Below, one piece after another: positions 21,001 to 36,000 of a stretch of DNA of 64,000 bases. Made by a program: the position numbers and the translations under genes. Positions within the stretch are counted from its first letter, which is position 1, and every line of letters begins with the position of its first letter. The notes beneath the pieces were generated by a model that did not search any database, was not told the DNA's origin, and worked only from the letters and a program-made list of their open reading frames with translations. The DNA comes from Minisyncoccia bacterium (lineage in GTDB: Bacteria; Patescibacteriota; Minisyncoccia; Phycocordibacterales; UBA918). The stretch spans positions 79,872 to 143,871 of the forward strand of contig JBGSPE010000005.1 of the NCBI GenBank assembly GCA_041738755.1, read 5' to 3'.

Positions 21001-24000
21001 TACCACAGCGGTATGGCGTGGGTTTGAAAACTCAGTAGTAGGAAGCGACTGGTATAACGCTGCGTGGGCGCGTCGAGTTGAAATCACTATTCCAGACGCA
21101 CAAGTAAGTGAAGATCTTACTGATTTTCCCGTCTATGTAGATATGGCTGACTTGCCAGTTGGATTTTTCATTGCGGCAAAGTCTGATGGTTCAGACATTC
21201 GAATCACAGAGGCTGATGGCATTACGGAACTGCCATATGATTTGGTGTCTTATAATAGTGGTACACAAACTGGAGAACTTCACTTCAAAGCTGATTTGGC
21301 GTCTACAACCGATAATGAGTTTTATATTTATTATGGTAATAGTGGCGCATCCGCCTACGCTCCAAGTGCGACCTATGGCTCGCAAAATGTTTGGAACAAT
21401 AACTTTAACCTCAGGTATGCAATGGATGACTCTCCTGTCTCAGCTAGTCCACAGTTTAAAGACAGTACAGCAAATGGAAACGACGCTATTACGAGAGCCG
21501 GCTCCGGAATGACAAGCGGTGACGTGGTGGCTGGAAAGATAGGTCAAGCAATTAACCATGATGGAAATGACGGCGCGTTCTTTGAAAACGTTCTAACCTA
21601 TACTGGAACCTACACAATTTCAATGTGGTGGCGGACTCAGAATATCGCAGATGGAAATGGTTTTGCGGTCGCAAGTGCAGATGGTGGGGCAAATGAAAAA
21701 ATCGGACCATGGAATACACCAAGTAACGGCCGATCATTTATCCGGGTATTGCCAGGGGGGGCTTCCGATACAACGATTAACCACCCCGCAGACGGTACCT
21801 GGACACATGTCGTTATTACCCGTGACGCAAGTAATAAAGTAGATATTCACTTTAATGGTACAGCTAATCGTCTGTATGGTGACGTTGCGCAGTCAGGGAA
21901 CTCCAACTGGCACAACTTTGGTGGTGATCCTACACAAGGGTTCGAGGGAGATATTGATGAATTACGATTCTCGCCTGTACGTCGTACCAACGGTTGGATT
22001 GCAACTGAATACGCAAATCAATTAAGTCCGATTGGATTCTATGATGTATCTGCAGAGGAGCTCATTAGTGATGGTCGCAATTTACCAAGTACGTTACTAT
22101 CGTTATCTGATTATGCCGAGACGTATGAAGAACAAAATCCAACCCGTGAAAATCAAAATCTGATTGTTGTTGGTAATGATGCTGAGTGGGATTTTGTTCT
22201 GCAAAATAATCTCGGACTACCAAATACAAATTATTGTTTCCGTATGGTATACGACGATGGTGCGCTTTTGAGTACCTATGATCGATATCCACGATTAATC
22301 ACCAATGCACCCCCGCTTGAACCCGACTTATTTGCACCGTTTGACAACGAACAGCTAGCGTCGACCTCACCATGGTTTGAATTTGCAGTTGCCGATCAAC
22401 TCGATGACGATGTGTCCTATGAAATTGTTGTTGATAATAACCCCGACTTTAGTTCGCCGGAAATCACCCGTGAATCTACTGCTGATTTTTCTCAATTTGA
22501 AAACCTTTCAGCACCAGCTGAGCGAGGTATTTATACACCAGGACAAATTATCAGATTCATCCCGAGTGTGGCCTTGGCTAATAACACCACATACTATTGG
22601 CGGGTGCGGGCTCGTGATGACAATGGATCTGGTGCGTACGGCCCATGGTCAGACGGTGATAGTTTTACAGTGAATACGGCAACGATAATCACAACTTGGT
22701 TCCAAACAACCCAAGCGCAGTTTGATACTAATGATCTACAAAACACGGTGGCGACAGTGTCTGATGATGTGAGGATAGCCCCAACGTTAACGAGTGGTAC
22801 AACGACTGGAACCGCTATTCGCTTTGCCGATGTTGATACTGGCAATGCGTGGGGGGAATTATTATTTGCACAAGATGAACCTTCTGGAGATATTAAGTAC
22901 TCAATTGAATACTTAATATCGGGTAATGAATGGGCATTGATTCCAGATACTGATTTGGCTGGAAATAGCACTGGGTTTGATAGCTCAGGGGTATCTTTGG
23001 CGAATCTTAGTCCAATTACCTACCACACCATCCGTATTCGAGCATCCTTTTCAGGTACGGATAGTCAACCTCGGTTGCAAAGCTGGTCAATTACGTGGGG
23101 AAAGCGGATTGAAACACCGACCGTTCAATCACCATTTGATAATGCAAAAGTTAACACGACAGTCCCTCGGTTACTGTTTTCAACTACCGATCCACAAGCT
23201 GACAACTTAGAGTATGAAGTACAGGTATCACAGAGTTCAGATTTTGGTGTAGCGGTGACGTACCTCTCTGCCGTAGACAGTGGATTCACAAATCAAGTAA
23301 CGCCGGCAGACCTTACTCCGTTTACTTCCGGCGAACAAATTGAATATGAGTTCCAAACTAGTCTTACCGACGGTGTGACGTACTGGTATCGGGTACGGGC
23401 GAGAGACCCGTTGCCAGGAGAAAACGCCTACTCTGACTGGAGTAATGCTCGAAGCTTTACGGTAGATACTACAGCTACTGTTTCTACCTGGCATCAGACT
23501 ACCGGCGATCAATTTGCCACAGGTCAGACTGAAAATGCAGAATTCCTTACTACTGAAGTGGGTGTAACAAGCGTGATTCGTGGGGCCATGGTTGCTTATG
23601 GTGAATCTACTTCGCTCAATCCTCGATATCGACTATGGGATGGTGAAGCTTGGAGTGATCCACAAACTGCTGAAAGTATCGATGCGCTGGTAGAGTGGGC
23701 TGAGGTAAAAGCTGGGGTAACCCGCAACGAATATGCACTGGGAACACTTGGTAATGATGGTGATGTAAATGTTCAAATCTTTAACGTCAACTCAGGTACG
23801 TGGGGTAATCAAGTAGAGCTCTCCACTACCATCGCAAATACAGGATATCGATCAATGGATATAACATACGAGACTATATCCGGCGAACTGATGGCCGTTT
23901 CTTGTGAAGGAGATGATGCTGTGTATCGACTCTGGGATGGTTCTAACTGGACAGCATCTACAACCATAAGCCTCACAAAAGCAGCAGCCTGTGAGTATAT

Positions 24001-27000
24001 CGAGCTGTCCTCTGACCCGACCTCGAACGAAATTATTGCTGTTTTCCGACATCTAAATACTGGTAGTCCCGACTATGAAGTATTGGTTTGGAATGGTTCG
24101 TCGTGGGGTAACTCAATTACATTGGGGGATTACTCAGAAGCAGAAAATGAAGGTATTGCAATTGAATACGAAGCATCAGGAGACCAAGCTGTAGTCGTGA
24201 TTACCAACGGTAATAACCCAAGTTTCTTCTATAATACCTGGAATGGTTCAGCGTGGTCTGGGACATTGACACAGGCCCTGCAAAATGACTTTGAAAGTGG
24301 CGTTTTGAAGAAAAATCCACTCAGTGATGAAATGGCACTCTGCTACATCGATGACGAAAGTGATCTTGGGACGGTGTTTTGGGATGGTGCTGCATGGGAC
24401 ACGTTCTTAGAGCACGAACAGACAGCTAATAGTAAAGATGGTGGGCGACCTGTCAGTTGTGAATTTGAAACCACGCCCGGGAGAGAAGGGTATTTGATGA
24501 TTCCGTATTCTGATACTGTAGCAACAAACTACACCGTCTATGCCACCTCGTCATACTCTGGTGAGCTTCCAATTGGTACCATTACTGACACCTGGACGAC
24601 TCAAACTGTTAGGACTGCAGATGGTTTAATTCTTGGCGTCTTCTTACAGGACGAAGGCCTTGCTCCAGCTGACCGTTACGAGTTTGCGTATTGGAACGGA
24701 ACGGATTGGTTGGGTCAAGAAACACTCAGCACCGTCCCATCAGTTACAGGTACTCCATTTCATGACTCTATTGGGGTGGCGGCACAAATTTTCCCAAGTG
24801 TCACTAATGCCTCGATTCTTTCAACGGCTATTAATTTTGAAGATGGAGGAAGTCCTCGCTTTGAAGATATCTCTTTCAGTGACGCAACACCAGGAGCTAG
24901 TAGTATTGAATATCGAGTGTATTACGAATCCACCCCTGGGGTATTTTCACTTATCTCTGACAGTGCTTTGCCTGGTAACTCGGTTGGTTTTTCTGCAGGT
25001 ACTGTTGATATATCAACGCTCGACACTGATATTTATTCTGTTTTGAAACTAGAAGCTACACTTCTGTGCGATAGTGGCGATTGTCCAACCCTTGAAGAAT
25101 GGACTATCCGGTGGTCAGAGGGAGTGAGTGTCTCAGGACTAGCATTTGCTTATGACCAAACAACTCCTTTAACCGAAGGAACGGTAGCTATTGCGGTGAA
25201 TGGTGTGTTACAAGTCGGTAAGACGGCAGAAATCTCTGCGAGTACCGGAGTACAGGAGGTTGCGTTTACTTCCGCTGGGAGCAGTACTTGGGCGGTGCCA
25301 GCCGGAGTCACTGATCTTACTGTAAAAGCGTGGGGGGCTGGCGGTGGTGGCGGAGGGGGTGGTATAGCTGATTCAGGAGCAGCCGGTGGCGGTGGCGGAT
25401 TTGTCACAGGTACAGTGCCAGTTACTCCACTGGAAAACCTTACGGTGTTTGTTGGCGGTGGTGGACAAGCAGGGTTGTCCGGATCTCCGGCAGGCGCCGC
25501 CGGCGGTGGAGGATTTTCAGGAGTATTCAGAACGAGCACACCACTTACAGTGGCTGGTGGTGGTGGAGGTGGTGGGGCTGGTTCTGGTGGAATTAGCTAC
25601 GCTGGAGTTGGTACGGCGTGTACCGTCTCAGGAGCAAGTTGTACCCCGACAATTCCAGGTGGCACAGCAGAGCATGATGTACTTGTGGCAGTAGTCCATT
25701 CTCGAACTGACACAGCGCACACCTGTACCACGAACTGCGCTGGCTGGACAGAGTTTTCATCTCAGGCCGGTGGTAATGGACGTCTGTCTGTGTGGTATCT
25801 CAGACGGGGTGCAGGAGCTCCGGCAAACCCTACTTTTGCTGGTCCAGCAACTGAAAGTTACACCGCTCGAATTTGGTCATTCCGCGGAGTGGCACGAAGC
25901 GGTAATCCGTTTGATGTTATAAGTGCAAACACAACCCAAGCAGCTACCAACCCATTTGTTGGAGCAAGTCTTACCAGTACACTCGATAATGTAATGAGTG
26001 TATTTGTGGGAGGTACACTTGATGATAATACGTGGGGACCAGCAGGAGGTACTTGTACAGTTCCAACTGGAGTGGACGCAAACTTTTACGCAGCTAATCT
26101 CAACGGATCTGATAACTCTATTTTCCTCTGTTACAACAACCACCCAACCAATACCGCCGGACCACTTGGTGTACCAACTATGACCCAAGTTGCGAACGCA
26201 ACTGATGTCGGGCGTTGGTTTACGTTTGCGCTCCGACCAGATTACACCGCACAACAAGCGGCGGGTCTTGGTGGTCCTGGAGGGGGACTCATTGGTATAA
26301 CTGCAAGTTCCTCCGGCGCCGCAGCTGGGGGTAGTGGTGGAACGCAAAGTGGTGGTGGAACCGGTAGTGGTGGAGCATCGTCCGGTAGTTCGCTCGTTGG
26401 TGGATCTGGGGGTTCTGGCACTAGCGGTGGAGTAGGCGGAGTTGGTGGAATTAACGGTGGCGGAGCCGGTGGTTCGGGTGCAGGCGCAACCGCGCAAGCA
26501 GGCGGAGGTGGAGCCGGTGCGGGATATTTTGGTGGTGGCGGTGGCGCAAGCGCTAACTCAAATGCTGTTTCAGGTGCCGGTGGCGGAGGAGGTTCTTCAT
26601 ATGTTGTAACGGGAGCGAGCGCAACTTCAACTCAGTCTGGCAATGGCGTAACTCCTGGTGGTGCTGCCGATCCTCGCTATCTCCTTGGATCCGCTATCGG
26701 TGGGGCAGGAGGCGCAACATCTAGCGATGGAGTCGCTGGAACTAATGGTCGAGTAGTCGTGAGTTGGATTGGTAGTACTACCCCAGGTGTCTGGTCAATT
26801 CCAAATATTAATGTTGAAGCTGGAGATGTTATTACGGTGTTCGTTACCGGTGCTGATGGTGCGCGTGAGGCTGTCGCAGTTACGCAGTACAACGGAGCTG
26901 GCGACGTCACTGGTATGCAATTGAGCGAACGAACACTCACGCTTGGTTCAGCGGATAACCCAATCCTCAGTAATCCTGAAATCGGCCTCTATGAATTTGA

Positions 27001-30000
27001 TGACAACGAAGACGTGTTCTTCGGTGTTAATGCTGGAAATGAACTACAACTTTGTGAAGATACAACCTGTTTGGATGCACGTTTGCGGATTCTTTCTGGG
27101 ACAACCTATGAACCACAAACCAATGGTCGAGTCGTAAATTTTGAAAATACCGGTACGTTCAGTCCCGGGACTACCACCCTTCGAGTGTCTGGTTCGTGGA
27201 AACAAAACGGGATATTTACTACCGCAGCATCTACCGTTATCTTTACCGCAACAACCTCAAGTTACACACTTGAAAATGCAACTTCATCGTTTTCATTCTT
27301 TAATGTTACGTTCGGAGAAACATCCAGTGTTGCCACTTGGAACATTACTAAACCACTACAAGCTCTTGGCACGTTTGCAATTGATAGAGGTACATTGAAT
27401 CGTGGTACGTCGACTATTACAGTTGGTAATAATCTGCGTGTTGGGAATGGTGGCGTGGTAGTTGGTATTGGTACAACGACATTTACTGGTGGAGGAAGTT
27501 ATGTCTGGACTGATTTAAATGCCAGCTCAACTAATATTGGAAACGTTCTTATTGATGGTACGGCAAAGACTATTACGCTTGGTAGCGCTGTGTTAGCGCA
27601 AAGTATCACTATCGGGGCTGATGATACACTTAACGCCTCTGGTTCAAATTTCCCAATAACTGTACTTGGCTCATGGGTAAATAATAATTCGTTTATTCCG
27701 CAAGGGGGTACCGTTATATTTGCTGGTACTTCAACCACCGCAATAAATAGAGGTACCTCAGCGTTCAATAATCTTTCTTTCACAGGAGTGGGAGGTAGTT
27801 GGTCATTTACTACTCCGACACTTGCTCTAAACGGAACGCTAACTATCGCTACTGGTACCGTCACCCTACCAACAGGAACTACGACTATTGGACGATCATT
27901 TACTAATAGTGGCGGAACGTTTCTACATAACAATGGTGAGGTTCGGATGACGAGCACTGTCGCTGGACAAACAATTACGCAGCGAGCTGATAGCTTCTTC
28001 AACGCATTCTACGATCTTACCTTCAGCGGGTCGGGTGCCTGGGCATTCTCGGAAACAGCGGCCACAACAACTCGAAACATGAGTATTCAGTCAGGTACCG
28101 TGACGTTCCCAAGTGGTACCTTGACGGTTGGTGAAGATTTCCTCACGACTGGTACTGGTGCTTTTGCTCATAATAATGGGGAAGTCATATTCTTGGTGCA
28201 AGGTCCTGATACTGCCAGCGTTAATAATTCTTCATTTAATAATGTGCGGGTTCGAAATGGTGTTGCCTCGGCTACTTGGTATAACGACGCGTGGTTATAT
28301 AGAGTGCCGGTAACTATTAATGAGTCACAAATTGATGGTGATCTTACTAACTTCCCGGTCTATGTAAACCTTGATGATTTTGGTACTCATTTCTTCACCA
28401 ATGTGAAAGCCAATGGTGGTGATATTCGAGTGACGCAGGGTGATGGAGTGACAGAAGTACCTCGAGAATTAGTTTCTATTAACCCTGGTACTGGCGTAGG
28501 TGAACTTCATTTTAGAGCCAACTCAGTTTCTTCTTCAACCAATTCAACCTACTATATTTATTACGGTAATGCTGCAGCCAATGATTATGCGGTGACTGAT
28601 CCGTTTGGAGCACGAAATGTATGGAGTAATGGCTATGCGCTCGTCACACACTTGAACGACTTAACAACAAGCACTATCCTCAACAGTGCGGGTACCATAA
28701 ACGGAACCAAAACGAGCGCAAATAATCCATTGTTTGTAACGACAAGCTTTATCTACGGTGGACAGGACTTTAGTGCTGATGCAATTCAGTTTAATGGAGA
28801 TATTATTGCCAGTGAGAGTCAATATAGTGTGTCACTCTGGTTCAATCCTGATAATCTTGGCGGCGGAAATGCTGAAGAACAGAGCTTTGGAGAATCACTC
28901 TATGCGGTGTCGGTTGCAGCGCCGTACCAATGGCTTACAACTGGGGGTACTGGTTTTCCGGGTGAGTTACGCCTTTGTGCCTTTGAAAATACTGCAACTG
29001 ATTGTACGCCAACCAGTGGTGCCTCGCTCGTGAGTGGAAATTGGTATTACGCCTCTGTTAACGCCATTGGTGGAGGTAATACAACGGTTCGAATCAATGG
29101 AGTTGAACGGCTTTCCTATACAAATCAAAACAAAGGCGTAGTCAGTGACAACTTTACAATAGGAGATCTGCGCGCCGGTCGGAATATTAATTACGACGGT
29201 CGAATTGATGAGGTGCGCGTAGCAAATGTCACTCGAACCAACGCTTGGCAAGATGCTGAGTACAGAAACCATGCGACAACCACGAACTTCTATACAGCAG
29301 GAGCTGTCCAAACTAGTGGCGCGAGAACGTTTACTACCGTAAATACAAACATCCTTGGTAATCTTATCCTTGAAGATGGGGGTGACAGCGTGTTCCCAAC
29401 TGGAGTTTTGGCGGTTGGTGGGTCATTCGATAACAACGCTAGTTTTGACGCCAATGGCGGAACGGTCCGCTTTAACTCAACTGCCGGAGCGGAAACTATT
29501 GCTGCGGGTAGTTCACCATTTGCGACGCTTGAATTTAACAATGCCGCTGGTACCTTTACGGTTACTGAACACGCTACCGCCACTGTTGCGATAAACCTCG
29601 TAAACGCAACATCGTTCACTCTGCAAAGTGGACAATCCCTAACGACGCTCGGTACCTTCACGAACGCCATTGTAAACGCTAATACCACCTGGACCGGTGC
29701 AACAGTGGTATTTGGCGGAAATAATGACATTACCACCAGTGCCAAAACCTACACGGGTGATAGCTACGGAACCATCAGAACACTTGGTACCACTACAGCA
29801 AGGTTCTGGAATTCAACCTCAACTGTCTACGACACAGTTGCCTCATCATCAATCTACTCACAAGACCATGCTGGGGTAGATGGAGATCTGTTTATCTTTG
29901 GTGACTACAGGAGGTCAGCTGGGTCAGAGTATTGGAGTCACGCTACTGACTTTGATGGGGCAAATATTGGAGGGACACCAAGACAAGTTGATGTACGATT

Positions 30001-33000
30001 TGAAAGTGGATCAACGTTCGTTCTGACAAATGCCTCGCTCTTCATGCAGGGAGCGACTTCAGCATCAACAACGGTCGCGGCCCAAAGTGGTGATTATACT
30101 ATCACCGCAGCAAACGCAACGATTAACGCATCACTCTTTGAGGTTGCGCAAACAAATAGCTCTGGATTTTCACTGACAAGCTCAACAACACTAGCTCAAT
30201 TTACCAATGGGTATTTCAATGTGACACCAGGACGGAGCGGAATCACCATCGATGCAACAACCGTGAACCAGAATCCAGGTGGTCAGTACTTTGGAATTAA
30301 CTTCGCGACAACTACGGCGGGAGCAGCGACTAATGTGACGCTGACAGGAACACCAGCCAGCTTTGTTTGGTTCCGTAACGGCAGCGGTAATCTCTACGGA
30401 GAAGCGTTTGATGCGGGAGATGGTAACCCTGGTTCTATTCGATTTGATGATAGTTCATTTAATATCACTATTTCAGGAACTATCTATAGTGATGACGGAG
30501 TGACACCAATGGGTGCAGCAATTTGTGACAATGTAACACCGGTTGTGGCGGTGGCGGTTGATGGGGCTGTGGTGCAAACTGGTACCTGTAATAGTGCTAA
30601 TGGTACGTACAGTATTCCAAATATAAATTATATTGGAGACGCTGACATTGCAGTGTACCTCGACACTAACCGACCAGGTACTTCAACCATAGCGCTCCGT
30701 AGTCAAACTTCCGGTGTTGGTACTACCAACGGAACGACCGGACAGTTTAGTGTTAATAAGCCAGCCTCAGTCACAAATGGTGATTACCTGGTTGTGATTA
30801 TTGGTAAAGATGATACTCCAGGAATTACGCCACCGGCGGGTTGGACAGGGTACACCCAGGCTGGAACTACTGGAAACGTACGGCATACAGGAATTTGGTA
30901 TAAGCGAGTCACCGATGCCACTTCTGAACCTGCTTCGTATACCTTTACTGGAGATGTGAACGAAGTATTCAGTTATTACTCAGCCGCTTTGATAGGTGTA
31001 AGTCCAAGTAATCCAGAAGATGTCTCCTTTGCTGGTCGGTGGCAGCAGGTACAAAATAGTGTTGCTCCGTCCGCTCCGTCACTGACAACGCAAACAACAA
31101 ATTCATATGTCTTTAGTGCGTGGTATGTCGATAATGATAATGCGGTCACTATGCCGGGAGCACCATGGACAACTCGAACGGCAAATATTGTTTCGGGCGA
31201 AAATAATAATCTCTCCATCTCATCACAAGTGGTAGCTGCACCAGGTGCAACCGGTGGGGTGGCTATTACGGGCGTTGGTGGTACAGCTGAGACAAATATG
31301 GCGCAGTTTGCCTTTAGGCGAGATGTAGCAACAACAAGTTCAGTACGAGCAGTTACGGTTACTAAGACACCGTCGGCAAATATCACTAACTTTGATTTAT
31401 ACCAGTCACGCGTCATTGTACGGCACGAAGACGTGTCACCAATGACAATTGCTGATATGACAAAGTATCAATTCAGTAATGATTCAGATGTACAGTTTGT
31501 TGCTTCCTCAAGTCAACTTACGGTACTTCCTAATAATGAGTTGTTCGTCTGGAATAATAAGACTTTTGCACCAGGGGGTGATGTCACATTGACTGGAAAT
31601 GGAAATAGCAATGGCTTCGAAGGAACGCTCCAGATTGGCTCAGGCGCAGCTTTTGTTGCTGCAGGATCACAAACGCACACGTTGGCTGGTCGATTTGTGA
31701 TGAGAAATACCGGAAGCTTCACAGCCGCTTCTTCAACCGTTATATTCAACGCCTCAACAACCGGTAAGAGTATTACGGCTTCAACGACAGTGGCATTTAA
31801 CGAATTGCAGTTCAACGGCACAGGCGGCGGATGGAATATAACAGCACCACTGACGGTTGCGCAAAATATCAATCTTGCTGCCGGAACTGTTACTGGTACC
31901 AGCAACATCACCATTCAAAATGGTTCCTTCTTTGGAAACGGTGTGCTTTCACTCGGTACGGGTACAACGACCATCAATCAAACCAATACCCTCGGTGGCA
32001 CAACCCCGTGGACCTTTGCCAACCTCGTTTTGGGTAATGGTTCATCTATTGGGACAACCACTCCGGCCAGCACTGCCACAACTACTATCCTCGGTCGGTT
32101 AACCATCAGTCCAGCTCACTTCCTCAATGCGCAAAACAGCTCGTTTGATTTAGCGGGAACCGGTGTTGTCTTACAAGAGTCGGGTACCTTGCTTGAAGGC
32201 ACCGGTACTATTCGTTACAGCGGGAACGGTGCGACAGTAGCGAATACCACGTACTACAATTTACTACTCGAAGCTGGCGCTGGTACTCCGACCTACGTGG
32301 CTGCCGGACCAGGTATCTTGGTACTCAATAACCTCACCGTGGGAGGAGTGGCTAATAGTACATTCAACCTCAGCACTAATAACGCGTCGCTTGATGTAAA
32401 TGGAAACGTTACGATAGCTTCAAACGGTACTCTTATTGCAAGTGCGTCTGCACCACTCACGGCCGGAGGCTCATGGCAAAATAATGGAACCTTCACTGCT
32501 TCAAATGGAACAGTTACGTTTGATACTGCTACCTCAGCTACGGTTAATCCAGGTAATTCATCATTTGCAAACCTTAATCTTGCGGCACTTGGAGCAATAG
32601 CTATTACAAATAATGCAACGGCAACTGCAAACATAACTATTGCTTCAACAACATCATTTACTCAAAATAGCGGCACCACTTTGGCAATTGGTAATCGTCT
32701 TATTAATCAAACTGATGGTTCTAACACAACCTGGACTGGTAGTACCTTGTCACTTTATGGTGGTGGCCAGTACGAAGTGAATACAAAAACTGGGGTAGAC
32801 AATTATGACGGTACACTGGTGGTAAGCGGCACCGCACAACCTCGTTTCTGGAATTCTAATTTTGGAACTGTCCAAAATAGCGGAGGGGGTTCAATCTACT
32901 CAATGAACCATGCAGGGAATAGTGGCGAGTTGTACATCTATGGAAATTACAATAATACGACCTACGCTGATCATTGGAGTTATGCAACTGACTTTGATGG

Positions 33001-36000
33001 AACAGTATTGGGTTCACCGCGACCTGCCTCCGTATTTGTGGCTGGTGGTAGTTCGGTAACGTATAGCAGTAGTAGTATCAGTGTCCAAGGAACATCGACC
33101 GCTACCACTACCATCCAAAACCAGGGGAGTGGCACATACGAATTATCACTTGAAGGAAATACAACAGCTACCTTGCGTTACGTCGCGCCTCGAAACCTGG
33201 CTGCAAGTGGTATTGAGTTCAGTGGTACCCCAACCATTGTCGATATTGCAAATGCTGATTTCTTTATTCAAACTAACAGTGCCTCAGCGCTCACTGTCGC
33301 TGGTTCAGTTATCAATGCTAATCCAGCCAAGAACCTTAATATCAACCGTTTTGAAGCAGCTGGCGGGGTGACTGGCGCAATCAACGTGACTGTCACTGGT
33401 TCGTCAGTGAGTTCATGGCGGTTTACCAATGAATACGGTAATCGAGCGGGTGAACTCTATGACGCTGACGCGGGAGATCCGGGTGAAATTGTATGGACCG
33501 ACTCAGCTGCTCTGATTACTATCTCCGGAAGTGTGTTTAGTGATGAGGGAAGTAGTGTATCAAGTGTTTGTGACGGCTCGACACCAAACATTCGAATTGT
33601 GGTGGCGGGAGTAACTTCAGCTTCAACCACATGTAATGGTAGTGGAAATTATTCATTCACGAGTGTTGGATTCAATGCCAACGATTCAATCATCGTCTAT
33701 ATTAATGGTGAGGCAGAAAAAGCCGCTACCGTTACCTACGAACCGATTTCAAATATCACTAATATGGACCTGTATGAAAATCGAGTGATTGTTCGACATG
33801 AAGGAGCTACTCCAATTGCGATTGAAGAATTGGCAGTGTATGACAGCAGTGATGATGGTGATATACCGTTTACTGCCGACACTGTAGGAAGTCCAGATAC
33901 ACTCGTGCTACCAGCAAATCGAAAGTTGCTCGTTTGGAACAATAAACAATTTACTCCAAATGGTAATGTCACCATAACTGGTGGAGGTGGAAGTGCTGAT
34001 TATGACGGTACACTAGAAGCTCGAGCGGGAGGTCAATTCATTGCTCAAAACAGCGAGACACATACCATTGGTGGAAGTCTTATCTTTGGCAGCGGCGCTG
34101 TATTTACCGGGGCCCAATCATCAGTCGTAATGACTACTGATGATGCAAGCCGAGTGATTGATGTAAACGGCGGTTCGTTCCACAATCTTTCAGTTACCGG
34201 TCCGGGTAGTCTAGCGGTGACAGATACAACACTAACGGTAAATAATAATTTCACGCAAACAAATGGTAGCCTAAGCTTCCCAACCGGAACAACAACTATT
34301 GGTAGCTCATTTATTGCCTCAGGTGGAGACTTTGATATCAATGGAAGTCCTCTGGTATTCACGAGTACGGTAACCGGGCGAACAGTCACGTTTGGTGATT
34401 CTGATGTAGCAAACGTAACCTTCGCTGGAGTTGGTGGTGCGTGGAATATCACTGATGTCAATGCTACTGCTACAGAGTCAGTTGTAATCAATGCTGGTGC
34501 GGTAACGCTTCCAAGTGGAACCCTCACCATTGGCGGTGACTTTAATAATGCCAGTGGAACTATTGCGCACAATACGAGTGAACTCGTCTTCACGAGTCCT
34601 AACCCACAAATACTGCGGGCCCGTGGCTCTGATTTACATAGCGTCAGGCAAGCTGGGGTTGGTGCACTAACGATGACTGATACCAATGCGACGCTACTCG
34701 GAAGTTTGATAATCTCAGCTGGTTCGGTCAATCTCGCAACGGGAACACTGGCAGTTGGAGGCTCACTCATCTCTGTTGGCGGTACGTTTGAAAGTGCCAC
34801 TGGCACGGTCTTGTTCAATGGTGTGACGAGCGGACTTACCATTAATCCTGGCCAAAGTGATTTCTACAATGTACAGATTGGTGCTCCAAGTGGTGGGTAT
34901 ACACTCTCAAGCGCTACTACCACGAACAACTTCACGTTGGCTTCGGTTAATAATTTTACGCTTAGCCCGACTAATGTCTTACGAGTTGAGGGAGTCTTTA
35001 CAAATACTGCAGTGGGCGCTAATACCACTTGGACTGGTTCGACGTTGGTACTTGGTTCGGGTACCTCATATAGTGTAAACACTCGAATTAGTACTGGTGA
35101 TTTCTATGAAAATCTTATCCTTGCTAATAATACCGACGTACGCTTCTGGTACTCACAAGCGACTACGACAACTGTTGCCTCAAGTGCATCACTCTATTCA
35201 CAAGACCATGCCAATGTAAACGGAGCACTCAATGTGTACGGAGATTTCGTTATTAGTACAACCACTGAGTACTGGAGTTACGCAACTGACTTTGATGGTA
35301 CACCGCTTGGTGGCTCACCTCGAAAAGTAACCGTACGAATTGCCGGCAATGCTACCACCACAATGCAAAGCGGTGGGCTACAGATTGTGGGTGGTAGTGG
35401 TAATACAACAGATATAAATAATCAAGGAAGTGGGCAATATAATTTCGTAGTTACTGGGGGAACCTTCAACGCCAATCAGTACAGCTTCGCTAATCTATCT
35501 CTCCAAGGTCTTCAATTTACCGGTCTCCCAACCATCACCGACCTATCCAATGGATATTATGAAATTGCCGCTGATACTGGTTCACTTATCACGCTGTCTT
35601 CAACGACGTTGAACGCTAATGCATCAAAGGTCTTCAATAATGTTGGATTCAATGCAGTTGGACCATTAACTGGCTTTAACGTAAACCTGGTCGGTGTAAC
35701 TGATAACGCCTGGAGGTTCACCAATGCGTACGGCAATATTGGCAATGAAGGATTTGACGTCGATGGTTTGGATGCCTGTGGTTCAATACGGTTTGATGAC
35801 AGTGCCTGTCTCTTGACTGAACAAACAAACTACCGCTGGCGCAATGATGATGGAGGTGCCGGAGTACCTGATAGCGAATGGTTTAATACAGACTGGGATC
35901 TTCGAAAGCGAGTGAGAATTACTAACCCAGTCAACCAGACCTATAGCAGCACCTCTGTGAAGATTGCGGTCGCGTATGAAAGTGACATGCTTTCAAACTT

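Noticed and set aside
34045-34842. A 265-aa minus-strand ORF inside the giant gene. Many others are similar, e.g. 27499-28002, 29290-29745, 30976-31416 and 56165-56758 on the minus strand.
   Set aside because: These are shadow ORFs antisense to a clearly coding, repeat-rich, GC-skewed region. They have no RBS and a low-complexity composition mirroring the sense-strand codons.
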